NCBI GenBank assembly: GCA_040379705.1
Contig: JBEIKR010000001.1
Location: forward strand, 13,973-77,972
Direction: 5' to 3'
DNA: 64,000 nucleotides
Source: Crocinitomicaceae bacterium
GTDB taxonomy: Bacteria; Bacteroidota; Bacteroidia; Flavobacteriales_D; Crocinitomicaceae
Made by a program: the position numbers and the translations under genes
Part shown: one piece after another, positions 37,189 through 46,191 of the stretch
Position numbering within the stretch: the first letter of the stretch is position 1
How the letters are laid out: each line of letters starts with the position of its first letter
Notes under the pieces: model-generated
Seen by the model: only the letters and a program-made list of their open reading frames with translations
Told to the model about the DNA's origin: nothing
Databases searched by the model: none

Positions 37189-39474
37189 ATGAAAAATACC
37201 TTACTCCTTCTTGCGATTTTAATCCTCAGTTTTCACTCTTCCGCTCAAACCTTTGTCAAGGCATTTGGTGGTGCACAAGAGGAATTTGCCTATTCCTTCC
37301 AATCAACGGATAATGGTGGATTTATCGTGGCAGGCCGAACATTCAGCGTGGGTGTTGGCGGATGGGATAGTTACATCACGCGGATGAACGCCAATGGAGA
37401 TACGCTCTGGTTTAAAACCTACGGAAACACGCAATACGATGAATTTCAAGATGTCGACACAACAAGTGACGGTGGATTTATCGCAGTTGGTCACACTTGG
37501 ACTTCCGACTGGGCGGGCAACGTGTATGTCGTTCGTACCGATGGCAATGGGGTGGTGATCTGGTCGAAAGAATATGGCGGTGCAACTGGGTTATCGGATA
37601 AAGGGTATTCCATTCGTGAGACATCAGATGGGGGATTTGTCGTGTGCGGAACAACAGCGACCTATGGCGCAGGAAATGACGATGTGTACGTATTAAAAAT
37701 TAATTCAACAGGTGCATTAACATGGTCCGCGGTCATTGGAACAGCTGGTGTAAATGAGGCCGGCCGCGAGGTGCAACAAACTTCAGACGGAGGCTACATT
37801 GTGGCGGGTTATACCGATGGTTCAGGCACCTCTTTTTATGATGTTTATTTGATTAAACTCAATTCAGCGGGGACGGTGCAATGGAAAAAAACCTATGGCG
37901 GAAGTTCATACGATTTTGCGTATACCGTTCAACAAACAACGGATGGAGGTTTCGTGCTCGGTGCTACCACCAATAGTTTTGGCGCAGGAAACTGGGATGC
38001 CTACCTCATTAAAACGGATGCTTCAGGGACCTTACAGTGGAGCAAAACCTATGGGATGTCAGGAGAGGACCGTGTTCAATGTGCACGACAAACAAATGAC
38101 GGAGGCTATATTCTTTGTGGCAGATCATCCAGTTTTGGCGCAGGAAATTTTGATGCCACCTTACACAAGACCGACGCCAATGGAAACCTTCAATGGACCA
38201 AAGGCTATGGAGGCGGTGGCGACGACCAAGGATGGTATGTACGTCAAGTAGGAGCCAATGCCTTTGGCCTTTGCGGTTATACGGTTAGTTTCGGTGCTGG
38301 TACTAAAGATGGACTTTTCATTCGAACGGATTTAAGCGGAATTGCTGGATGTGTGGAAACAAATAGCACAAGCTTCACAACCACCACCCCTGCGACCATT
38401 ACCTCAACCATAGGCAATACGACAATAGGAGGAGGAGCTTATACCGCTGTGACCGCTGTTCGCCGACCACTGGTGGCTTTCAATGTACAATGCGAATCAA
38501 CAGGTTGTACCCCAACAAGTTCGAATTCAACTGTAAGTTCTTGCGTAACTTACAACTGGCCAGTAAATAATCAAACATACACGAGCAGCGGAACATATAC
38601 CACGATCATTCCGAATGCAGCGGGTTGCGATTCAACACTCACACTCAACCTTACCATTAACCCGAATCCTCTAGTTAATGCGGGAATGAATGAAACGGTA
38701 TGCAATGGGACAAGCGTTACTTTAACGGCTACTGGTGCAACATCTTACAGTTGGAACAATGGAGTGACTAATGGCGTTGCTTTCACCCCTCCAACGACGA
38801 CAACATACACTGTGACTGGAACAAGCAACGGATGCACTGGCACAGACCAAGTGCAAGTAACGGTCAACAGTACTCCGAACGTCAATGCAGGCGTCGATCA
38901 GTCCATTTGTCTTGGTCAAAGTGTAACACTCGTAGGGTCAGGTGCTTCGACCTATGCCTGGGATCAAAATGTCACCAACGGTATAGCCTTCACACCTACA
39001 ACTACTTCTTCATTTACGGTCATCGGTACCAGCACTGCTGGCTGTACAGCGAGCGACCAAGTGACCGTTACTGTTCACAATAGCTCCGCCTCAACCGTGA
39101 CACAAACAGCAACGAGTTCATACACCATGAATGGCCAAACGTATACCCAAAGTGGAACTTACACACAGGTCATAGGCAACGTTTTCGGATGTGACAGCAC
39201 CATTACCTTGATTTTAACCATCAACACTTCAGGTCTTGAAGAACTGCAGCAAGACATCCGTATTTTCCCAAATCCTGCAAGAGATTTTCTCTCTATTGAA
39301 CGATTAGAAAATTCTGTTCAACCCTATATAATTTGTGATGCCACAGGCAGAATAATTTCAGAAGGTATTTTAACAGAACAGTTATCCATTCTTCAACTTG
39401 GTGCATATGCCCCGGGATACTATTCAATAAAAATTGGAGAACTTACTCATCCTGTTCGAGTTATGAAAGAATGA
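37189..39474 (+). CDS. T9SS type A (Por_Secre_tail) sorting-domain secreted protein with propeller-like and Ig-like repeats
   Basis: It has a signal peptide and about 7 repeats of the form ..T.DGGF...G.T.S.GAG..D.Y..K....G...W.K.YGG. It also has modules TTYTVTGTSNGCTGTDQVQVTVN. The C-terminus IRIFPNPARDFLSIE....GYYSIKIG....VRVMKE matches the type A CTD. Confidence 0.85.
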   Translation: MKNTLLLLAILILSFHSSAQTFVKAFGGAQEEFAYSFQSTDNGGFIVAGRTFSVGVGGWDSYITRMNANGDTLWFKTYGNTQYDEFQDVDTTSDGGFIAVGHTWTSDWAGNVYVVRTDGNGVVIWSKEYGGATGLSDKGYSIRETSDGGFVVCGTTATYGAGNDDVYVLKINSTGALTWSAVIGTAGVNEAGREVQQTSDGGYIVAGYTDGSGTSFYDVYLIKLNSAGTVQWKKTYGGSSYDFAYTVQQTTDGGFVLGATTNSFGAGNWDAYLIKTDASGTLQWSKTYGMSGEDRVQCARQTNDGGYILCGRSSSFGAGNFDATLHKTDANGNLQWTKGYGGGGDDQGWYVRQVGANAFGLCGYTVSFGAGTKDGLFIRTDLSGIAGCVETNSTSFTTTTPATITSTIGNTTIGGGAYTAVTAVRRPLVAFNVQCESTGCTPTSSNSTVSSCVTYNWPVNNQTYTSSGTYTTIIPNAAGCDSTLTLNLTINPNPLVNAGMNETVCNGTSVTLTATGATSYSWNNGVTNGVAFTPPTTTTYTVTGTSNGCTGTDQVQVTVNSTPNVNAGVDQSICLGQSVTLVGSGASTYAWDQNVTNGIAFTPTTTSSFTVIGTSTAGCTASDQVTVTVHNSSASTVTQTATSSYTMNGQTYTQSGTYTQVIGNVFGCDSTITLILTINTSGLEELQQDIRIFPNPARDFLSIERLENSVQPYIICDATGRIISEGILTEQLSILQLGAYAPGYYSIKIGELTHPVRVMKE

Positions 39475-39509
39475 TATGATTAACTTTCCATTTTCAAAAC
39501 AAACATCCT

Positions 39510-40505
39510 ATGAAACGCGCAGTTCTCTTTGTTGTCTTTACTTCTGTACTATTGATCACTTATGTCAGTTATTGCGGAAGTTCTTCAAAAATCGATAGTG
39601 ATGGTGGACAAGAAAATACTAGATCTTCGGTAAATCTTGAGCAACAAGCAACAGAACAAAGCACCGGAGACACGAATAAATATATTCGAAAAGATTTAGA
39701 GCTTCCGACTCTAAAAAAAGGGGAGTACTTGATTCGTCACGCCGGGTATTCATTCGTTTACAATGAAACCTACGAACAAGCCGCTTGGATCGCCTATGAA
39801 TTGACAGAAAAAGAAACTGAAAAGCGTTACGATCGGACAGATAAATTCATTCCAGATCCGGCAGTAAGCACAGGTTCAGCCACAGATTCGGATTACAGCG
39901 GTTCAGGATATGACCGCGGACATCTTGCTCCTGCTGCCGATATGGGATGGTCAGAAACAACGATGGTTGAGTCCTTTTATTTTTCTAATATGAGTCCTCA
40001 GGTGCCTGGATTTAATCGAGGAATATGGAAACGCTTGGAAGAACAAGTGCGCAGCTGGGCAATTGAGTACGACACCATCTATGTGGTAACAGGCCCTGTG
40101 TTGAAAGGCGAAATGGGAAGTATCGGTGCAAACAAAGTGGCTGTTCCCAACTACTATTATAAAGTAATTCTCGACATGCATTCCAAGCCACATCAAGCCA
40201 TAGGTTTTGTGATGGAGAATGCATCGGCGAGTGGAGATCTCAGCAAGTTTGCCGTTTCGGTGGATAGTGTTGAGCGATTTACGGGGATTGATTTTTTCCC
40301 TTCTTTAGAAGATGCTGCTGAAAATACACTTGAAAAAACCGTTTGCACAAGCTGTTGGACATGGGAAATTAGTCGTCCAAGTAATTCAGGAGATACAAAG
40401 CCTGCGGAGGGAGAATCTGTTCAATGCATTGGAACGACACAAGGGGGGAGTCGCTGCAAGCGCATGACATCCGATCCAAGTGGACGTTGCTACCAGCACC
40501 AATAA
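39510..40505 (+). CDS. DNA/RNA non-specific endonuclease (Serratia NucA/EndoG family) lipoprotein
   Basis: Lipobox VSYCGSS. The active-site motif is YDRGHLAPAADM, followed by SNMSPQ..GFNRGIWKRLEEQVR (beta-beta-alpha-Me nuclease signature). It has an extra C-terminal C-x9-C-x10-C-x2-H tail. Confidence 0.85.
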   Translation: MKRAVLFVVFTSVLLITYVSYCGSSSKIDSDGGQENTRSSVNLEQQATEQSTGDTNKYIRKDLELPTLKKGEYLIRHAGYSFVYNETYEQAAWIAYELTEKETEKRYDRTDKFIPDPAVSTGSATDSDYSGSGYDRGHLAPAADMGWSETTMVESFYFSNMSPQVPGFNRGIWKRLEEQVRSWAIEYDTIYVVTGPVLKGEMGSIGANKVAVPNYYYKVILDMHSKPHQAIGFVMENASASGDLSKFAVSVDSVERFTGIDFFPSLEDAAENTLEKTVCTSCWTWEISRPSNSGDTKPAEGESVQCIGTTQGGSRCKRMTSDPSGRCYQHQ

Positions 40506-40529
40506 AAAAAGGCGCCACATGGACGCCTT
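40504..40529 (-). terminator. candidate rho-independent terminator oriented for the minus strand; may also stop the convergent nuclease gene
   Basis: The minus strand reads AAGGCG TCCATGTGG CGCCTT followed by TTTTTTTATT. It lies between the convergent genes ending at 40505 (+) and 40558 (-). Confidence 0.55.
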
Positions 40530-40557
40530 AAAAATATATGATAATTAAAATTGCAGA

Positions 40558-40716
40558 TTAGTGCTCTTCTTTATCTTCTAAAATTCGCTTCGGGCGCATT
40601 TGTTCGAAAACACCCAATGTAATCCAAAACGGAACGATAAATCCGAGTAGGAACAACAACATCCAGAATGCCATTCCGGCAATTACAAGAAAAAGTACGA
40701 TACCAAATACGCTCAT
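40558..40716 (-). CDS. small (52 aa) two-TM membrane protein, not in the ORF track
   Basis: My translation is MSVFGIVLFLVIAGMAFWMLLFLLGFIVPFWITLGVFEQMRPKRILEDKEEH. It has two hydrophobic helices and a charged tail. A minus-oriented terminator follows 29 nt downstream. Confidence 0.45.
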   Translation of the reverse strand: MSVFGIVLFLVIAGMAFWMLLFLLGFIVPFWITLGVFEQMRPKRILEDKEEH

Positions 40717-40833
40717 GGTTGTAATATTTGAGGTCAAAAATAAGAAAAAAAAGAAACCTACAAACCTTTACTGTGATAATTTGATGCCTTCGGCCAATCG
40801 GGTTGTTGCCATCATTGTAATCCACTACAAATT

Positions 40834-40927
40834 TGCGAAGCAATCAAATTTCTAATCTTCATTTGCGAGGCAATCAAATTCCGCAGGATCAAATTTGCCT
40901 TGGCAACCAAATTTGTAATCAACCCCA
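40834..40927. repeat. Degenerate tandem array (15-18 bp period) built on CAAATTT
   Basis: CAAATTT or CAAATTC starts at 40837, 40854, 40884, 40899 and 40917, plus a degenerate CATTT at 40869. It is the reverse-complement flavour of the AAATTTGAT units at 59446-59591. Confidence 0.7.
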
Positions 40928-41644
40928 CTATTGAAGCGTAAAATTAATCGGCACTCTCACCCGCGTTCTCACTTTACCTGACGGCATCTCACCTGGAATC
41001 CACGTTGGGAACGAGCGAACTACGCGTGCTGCCTCACGGTCCATGGATTGGAATACACCTCGCTCAACACTGACATTGGTCACAGATCCATCGCGTTCAA
41101 CAACGAAAGATAGATATACCCTTCCTTGCATGTTCATCTCAATGGCATCATCCGGATAGTTCAAGTTTTCATTGATGAATTTCTGCATTGCAGCAACACC
41201 ACCGATGAACTGTGCATCTTTCGCAGGAATTTCCACGATTTCAATGTCCACATCAACCGTTCCAAAATCAAGGTCTAAATCACCCGTTTTTACCGTAAGG
41301 CCTCCTACCCCGACTTCACTTTTTACTTCTGTAGAAGTGTTTTTTGTCAGGTTAATATTCGATGTAACCTCTTGTGTGATATTTAAAGTAGGTCCAGTTG
41401 TTGAGACATCTGGGGTTTTTATAACTTGTGGAATTGGATCAGCAAGTTTTGGTATTTCCTTCTCCACCTCTTCAAAAATTTGAATTTCTTGGGCGACTAC
41501 CGCATGTTTTCGCACGTCCTGTTCCATCGGAGATTTGTAAGTAAAAGCAGCCAGAGTAAAGGCGCCACTTGTTAATAATCCCAATTGAAAAAAGACAATT
41601 CTCTTCCGCTCGAGGTCGCACCTCGAATTTTTCTTAACGTTCAT
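40928..41644 (-). CDS. energy transducer TonB family protein
   Basis: It has an N-terminal TM anchor and a linker. The C-terminal TonB domain reads YPDDAIEMNMQGRVYLSFVVERDGSVTNVSVERG.....EAARVVRSFPTWIPGEM.GK.VRTRVRVPINF. Confidence 0.85.
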   Translation of the reverse strand: MNVKKNSRCDLERKRIVFFQLGLLTSGAFTLAAFTYKSPMEQDVRKHAVVAQEIQIFEEVEKEIPKLADPIPQVIKTPDVSTTGPTLNITQEVTSNINLTKNTSTEVKSEVGVGGLTVKTGDLDLDFGTVDVDIEIVEIPAKDAQFIGGVAAMQKFINENLNYPDDAIEMNMQGRVYLSFVVERDGSVTNVSVERGVFQSMDREAARVVRSFPTWIPGEMPSGKVRTRVRVPINFTLQ

Positions 41645-41846
41645 AACTTTTCGATTTAATATTTACTTGAAACTGCATTTTCAAATGCTATGCCATTTTT
41701 TTAACTAATTGTATATCAATTTATTAAACTCAATTATTTGTTATTTTTTAGTTAAGATGCTACTCAAACATATGCCAAATAATGAAACATTTGCTTCGTC
41801 ACTCTGACTAACAAGCGACTTTAATTACTTAATAGTCGTTTTTACT

Positions 41847-41854
41847 TACCTTTG
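41847..41854 (+). promoter_or_regulatory. candidate -7 promoter box (TAnnTTTG) for the IPExxxVDY-pyk operon
   Basis: TACCTTTG lies 18 nt upstream of the TTG start at 41872. This is a motif match only. Confidence 0.25.
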
Positions 41855-41871
41855 TTCTACAATTTGTACCA

Positions 41872-42303
41872 TTGACTAAAACGAAAAAACATATTCTCAC
41901 TTTCGAACAAGAGTACGATTTTGACATGATCGGCATTTGCTCACACCACAACGACTATCGCTTGGCGTGGGGGATCAATGAACGATTGGGAATTAACTTA
42001 TTGCGATCCGATGAAGAATATATCGCCACCAACAAAAAGGGACAGCGGATTTCGGACCATTCGATGTACGAATTTAAGGATGTAGATAACTTCACTGAGT
42101 ATTACCTGGTGAAGAACAAAAGTTTCGGTAAATTTCTGATTCCTGAAAAACCAACCATTGACTATTTCTTATTTTTATTTGAGAATTATTCATGGGAAAC
42201 AGAAAAATTAATTGCAGAATTGAGAGAGGTTCAAAGCATTCTTGGTGCATTTTCTTTTGACCCAGAGGAGATTGAATCTACAGAACAACTTATTTTTAAC
42301 TAA
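41872..42303 (+). CDS. IPExxxVDY family protein
   Basis: It contains LIPEKPTIDYFLF (IPExxx[VI]DY) and the family-typical N-terminus F..EYDFDMIGICSHHNDYRLAWGIN. It uses a TTG start as tracked. Confidence 0.7.
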   Translation: MTKTKKHILTFEQEYDFDMIGICSHHNDYRLAWGINERLGINLLRSDEEYIATNKKGQRISDHSMYEFKDVDNFTEYYLVKNKSFGKFLIPEKPTIDYFLFLFENYSWETEKLIAELREVQSILGAFSFDPEEIESTEQLIFN

Positions 42304-42312
42304 TACAGGTCA

Positions 42313-43743
42313 ATGCACCCGATTACCAAAAAAACCAAAATTGTCGCGACACTCGGACCGGCATCTAGTGATAAAAACACCTTACGCCAAATGTTCCTCG
42401 AAGGATTGAACGTTTGCCGCTTGAATTTCAGTCATGGCGCATATGAAGACCATGCATCAGTGATTCAAACAATCCATGAACTCAATGAGGAAACAGGATT
42501 GAATGTTGCCATTCTTGCCGACCTTCAAGGTCCTAAAATTCGCACGGATCAAATGACGGATAATGGCGTTGAATTGATTACTGGTGCCGAAGTGACGGTG
42601 GTCACAGAAAAAATCCTAGGTACAGCGGAACGATTTTCAATCAATTACTCTCAGCTTCCGCAAGATGTTACACCAGGTGAGCGCATTCTTCTTGATGATG
42701 GAAAAATTGCATTGGAAGTATTGAGCACTGATGGAAAGAAAGAAATTCGGTTGCGCGTGATCCACGGTGGCATTCTTTCGTCGAAGAAAGGGGTAAACTT
42801 TCCTAACACAAAAATCTCAATGCCTTCATTGACTCCGAAGGATTTATTGGATTTAGAATTCGCCTTGGATCAAAATGTGGATTGGATTGGATTGTCATTC
42901 GTTAGATCAGCTCGAGACATCATTGAATTGAAGCATATTATCGCAGCTCGTCATTGTAAAGCAAAAGTTATTGCGAAAATTGAAAAGCCTGAAGCCATAG
43001 ATGACATCGATGAAATCATTAAGGCCAGCGACGGATTGATGGTTGCTCGTGGAGATTTAGGTGTTGAAATTCCATATCAAAATGTACCGATCATCCAAAA
43101 GATGTTGATCAACAAGTGTATTTTGATGGCGCGACCAATCATTGTGGCCACTCAGATGATGGAAAGTATGATTTCGAACATTACACCAACTCGTGCTGAA
43201 GTGAACGATGTCGCCAATGCGGTATTGGATGGCGCAGATGCTGTGATGCTTTCTGGAGAAACTTCCGTAGGAAAATTTCCAGTGGATGTCATCCGTACAA
43301 TGGCGAATATCGTCAAGGAAATGGAGAAATTTGATGGGATCTACAATAAGGAAGAAATTCCAGAGAAAAATCAAGATCGATTCATTTCTGATTCTATCTG
43401 TTTCAATGCTTGCCGTTTGTCGCAACGGGTGGAAGCTGGTGCCATTATTACCATGTCTTTCTCTGGATACACTGCCTATAAAATTGCGTCTCAGCGACCG
43501 AAAGCACCGATCTATGTATTCACGAGCAACCAACAAATTCTGACTCAATTGAATTTGGTTTGGGGGGTACGCGCCTTTTATTACGACAAGCGAATCAGTA
43601 CCGACCATACCATAGCTGACATAAAATATTTGCTTAAAAAAGCAGAATTGGTGCAACAAGGCGACTTAGTTATTAATATTGCATCAATTCCATTGGAAGA
43701 TCTTGGAAGTTCAAACATGTTAAAGTTGAGTTATGTAGAGTGA
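42313..43743 (+). CDS. pyk: pyruvate kinase
   Basis: KTKIVATLGPAS, LNVCRLNFSHG, ILADLQGPKIRT, MVARGDLGVEIP and a C-terminal regulatory domain; 476 aa. Confidence 0.95.
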   Translation: MHPITKKTKIVATLGPASSDKNTLRQMFLEGLNVCRLNFSHGAYEDHASVIQTIHELNEETGLNVAILADLQGPKIRTDQMTDNGVELITGAEVTVVTEKILGTAERFSINYSQLPQDVTPGERILLDDGKIALEVLSTDGKKEIRLRVIHGGILSSKKGVNFPNTKISMPSLTPKDLLDLEFALDQNVDWIGLSFVRSARDIIELKHIIAARHCKAKVIAKIEKPEAIDDIDEIIKASDGLMVARGDLGVEIPYQNVPIIQKMLINKCILMARPIIVATQMMESMISNITPTRAEVNDVANAVLDGADAVMLSGETSVGKFPVDVIRTMANIVKEMEKFDGIYNKEEIPEKNQDRFISDSICFNACRLSQRVEAGAIITMSFSGYTAYKIASQRPKAPIYVFTSNQQILTQLNLVWGVRAFYYDKRISTDHTIADIKYLLKKAELVQQGDLVINIASIPLEDLGSSNMLKLSYVE

Positions 43744-44972
43744 TGAAACACTTCTTATCCATATTAGTATTTTTCTTGTCCTATCAATGGGTGAGTGCCA
43801 ATGAACCACTTCGATTGATGTGCGACGTGGATGTTTCCATCCTTGAGGGCGATGCTATATCCTTCTGTTCGGCAGACCCAAATTTCATTCACGCCACCAC
43901 AGGATTCATTGCTTATGCATGGACTGGCCCGCAAACAGGAAGTAGTTCTATATTGCAACCTACATCCAGTGGTCAGTATATTGTCACAGCAATTGATGCC
44001 GTAGGATGTGTGTCAAAAGATACCATTCAAGTCACGATAAATCCTTCACCTGTTGGGGTCATTCTTTCGTCTGAAGGCAATGTCATTTGTCCTGGTGGTG
44101 CAGGAACCTTGCTAAGTTTGACAGAACCTTTCGCATCATACCTATGGAGTGATGGTAGTGTCAACTCGACGCTTCAAATTTCACAAGGAGGCACTTATAC
44201 AGTGGACATTATTGACATTAAGGGATGTACGGGCACTTCAGCAATCACCATACTTCAACCTAATTTTGGCCTAACGCTCAATGGATCTGAGACCGTATGC
44301 AGTGGTTCAACGACGACAATCATAGCCAGTGGCGGTGGCACGTATCTTTGGTCAACAGGAGAAACGAGTGCGAACATTGTGGTTGCACCTACAGAGAACA
44401 CGACCTATTCAGTGATTGTTCTGAACGGATCGTGCTCCACCACGTTAACGCAGCCAATCTATTACCTCGATATACCAGAAGCAACAATCGAAGACACTTT
44501 TTATGTCAATCCAGGAAACTATATAGAACTTGCCGGACCAGATGGTTACACTTCTTATACATGGACTCCATATTTGAATTTATCGAGCTTTTCAACCCAG
44601 CTTACCAATTTTATCGGTGATTCGACGACGCATTACAACGTGTTTTCTACCGCACCGAATGGCTGCGAAAGAAATGACAGCATTATAGTCATCGTGCTCC
44701 GTTTTAATGTCCCTACCGGGTTTTCGCCCAATGGTGATTTAGTAAATGATTTATTTGTGATTCCAGAAATTGAAGCATTCAATGCCCAACTTACCGTTTT
44801 CAATCGGTGGGGGGATATAGTATTCGAGAGTTCACATTACCAGAACGACTGGGATGGAACCTGTGGCGCACCATTGTGCATGGGTAAAGGGCCACTTCCA
44901 GAAGGAACGTATTATTATTCTATCACTGTTTCGAATAACCAAATCGACGGTTTTACAACAATTAAGCGATGA
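43740..44972 (+). CDS. T9SS type B sorting-domain secreted protein (410 aa)
   Basis: It has a signal peptide and Ig-like modules (YIVTAIDAVGCVSKDTIQVTINP, YTVDIIDIKGCTGTSAITI). The C-terminus is VPTGFSPNGDLVNDLF....FNRWGDIVFES....WDG....EGTYYYSI. Its ATG overlaps the pyk stop (ATGA). Confidence 0.85.
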   Translation: MMKHFLSILVFFLSYQWVSANEPLRLMCDVDVSILEGDAISFCSADPNFIHATTGFIAYAWTGPQTGSSSILQPTSSGQYIVTAIDAVGCVSKDTIQVTINPSPVGVILSSEGNVICPGGAGTLLSLTEPFASYLWSDGSVNSTLQISQGGTYTVDIIDIKGCTGTSAITILQPNFGLTLNGSETVCSGSTTTIIASGGGTYLWSTGETSANIVVAPTENTTYSVIVLNGSCSTTLTQPIYYLDIPEATIEDTFYVNPGNYIELAGPDGYTSYTWTPYLNLSSFSTQLTNFIGDSTTHYNVFSTAPNGCERNDSIIVIVLRFNVPTGFSPNGDLVNDLFVIPEIEAFNAQLTVFNRWGDIVFESSHYQNDWDGTCGAPLCMGKGPLPEGTYYYSITVSNNQIDGFTTIKR

Positions 44973-45952
44973 AAAAAGGCCTACTTATCCTCCTACTTTT
45001 GTTGCTGACTCTGAATTCAAAGGCACAGAATGTATTCCGTTATTCGCAGTTTAATTTTCTAAAATCGATGTACAACCCGGCGGCGTTGGCTACAGATGCA
45101 CGGTTGACCGCAGACATGGTGTACCGTAATCAATGGGTTGGGCTTGCGGGCGCTCCTACTACGATTGGATTGAATGTGGCCAGCGAATTAACCTCAGACA
45201 TGGCCTTAGGACTGAACTTTTGCAGTGATCAAATAGGATTGAATCAATCAACCTCTATTTCTGGGATGTATTCCTACCGTATTTTTTTTGACGAGCGGAA
45301 GTATTTATCCTTGGGACTTGGTGTTGGTGCTGACAATGTTATTTCAGATTTGGCTGCTGCAAGCACGACGATGCCAAATGATCCCACGTTTTCTCAAAGT
45401 TATAATCTATGGAAACTAAACGCTTCATTTGGGGCGTATTACCGCACATCAAACGGATACATAGGTTTGAGTGTGCCACAACTTTTTCAGCAAACACCGA
45501 AAGGAAATGAAAGCGGATTTACCATCCCGCGATGGCATTACATGGTGATTGGAGGGTACTATTTTGAACTAGGAGAAAATGCTTATTTCAATCCAAATTT
45601 TCAAATCAAGTATACAAAAAATGCCCCCATTCAAGGTGACCTTCTTCTCCGTGGTGTCTTTGGGTCTGTAGGAGTAAGTTTGGGCTATCGCACAGAAAAT
45701 GCATTGATTGCTGGAGCAGATTTCATGCTTGCAGGAAAGTTTAGAGTGGGCTATTCCTTCAATTACGGCATCGGATCTCTGACGCGTGTGAAAGGTGCGT
45801 CTCATGAGGTGCATTTAGGTTTTGGCTTGCCATATTATTTTTCGAATGACTCGTTTGGTGGCCAAAAATACGTGGGTAGAAATGGACGCTTCAAAAGAAA
45901 TTACAAAATGCGTTACCACCGCTCAAGTGATCTGAAACGTATGAAACGTTAA
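44969..45952 (+). CDS. PorP/SprF family type IX secretion system membrane protein
   Basis: It has a signal peptide followed by FRYSQFNFLKSMYNPAAL (the family N-terminal motif ..SQ......NPA). It is a beta-barrel-like sequence of 327 aa. Its start overlaps the preceding cargo gene's stop (ATGA). Confidence 0.85.
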   Translation: MKKGLLILLLLLLTLNSKAQNVFRYSQFNFLKSMYNPAALATDARLTADMVYRNQWVGLAGAPTTIGLNVASELTSDMALGLNFCSDQIGLNQSTSISGMYSYRIFFDERKYLSLGLGVGADNVISDLAAASTTMPNDPTFSQSYNLWKLNASFGAYYRTSNGYIGLSVPQLFQQTPKGNESGFTIPRWHYMVIGGYYFELGENAYFNPNFQIKYTKNAPIQGDLLLRGVFGSVGVSLGYRTENALIAGADFMLAGKFRVGYSFNYGIGSLTRVKGASHEVHLGFGLPYYFSNDSFGGQKYVGRNGRFKRNYKMRYHRSSDLKRMKR

Positions 45953-46159
45953 TCTTTCCGACAATCCATATTCGCTAGAATTCTTTAGAGCCTTGTCGTT
46001 GGTTTTACATTCACACAAACATGACGACAGTATAAAGAACACATTTGTACTTTTGGTGTTTATACTGAGTTAAAACCCTAAGCGAGAAGAATCGAATTTT
46101 GTGGGTAACATGTGGACATTTTTACCTCGTGGAACCTGCCCTATTCTTTTTTGCTAATG

Positions 46160-46167
46160 TATATTTG
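46160..46167 (+). promoter_or_regulatory. candidate -7 promoter box (TAnnTTTG) for gcvP
   Basis: TATATTTG lies 25 nt upstream of the ATG at 46192. This is a motif match only. Confidence 0.3.
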
Positions 46168-46191
46168 CAACCTAAATTAATCCCGTCTCTA

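Noticed and set aside
40571-40843. 90-aa tracked ORF downstream of tonB
   Set aside because: It runs through the CAAATTT repeat array and its sequence is implausible. A different frame gives a much more protein-like 52-aa membrane ORF with a terminator (40558-40716).
43057-43659. 200-aa ORF antisense to pyruvate kinase
   Set aside because: It lies entirely inside a strongly supported conserved gene (pyk motifs are on the opposite strand). Its composition is typical of a shadow ORF and it has no recognisable motif.
45953-46191. Glycine riboswitch upstream of gcvP
   Set aside because: I could not find the conserved tandem aptamer cores (GGAGAG...CACCG / ACCGAAGGGGCAA-like segments) in the 239-nt leader. 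An Rfam scan would be needed to be sure.
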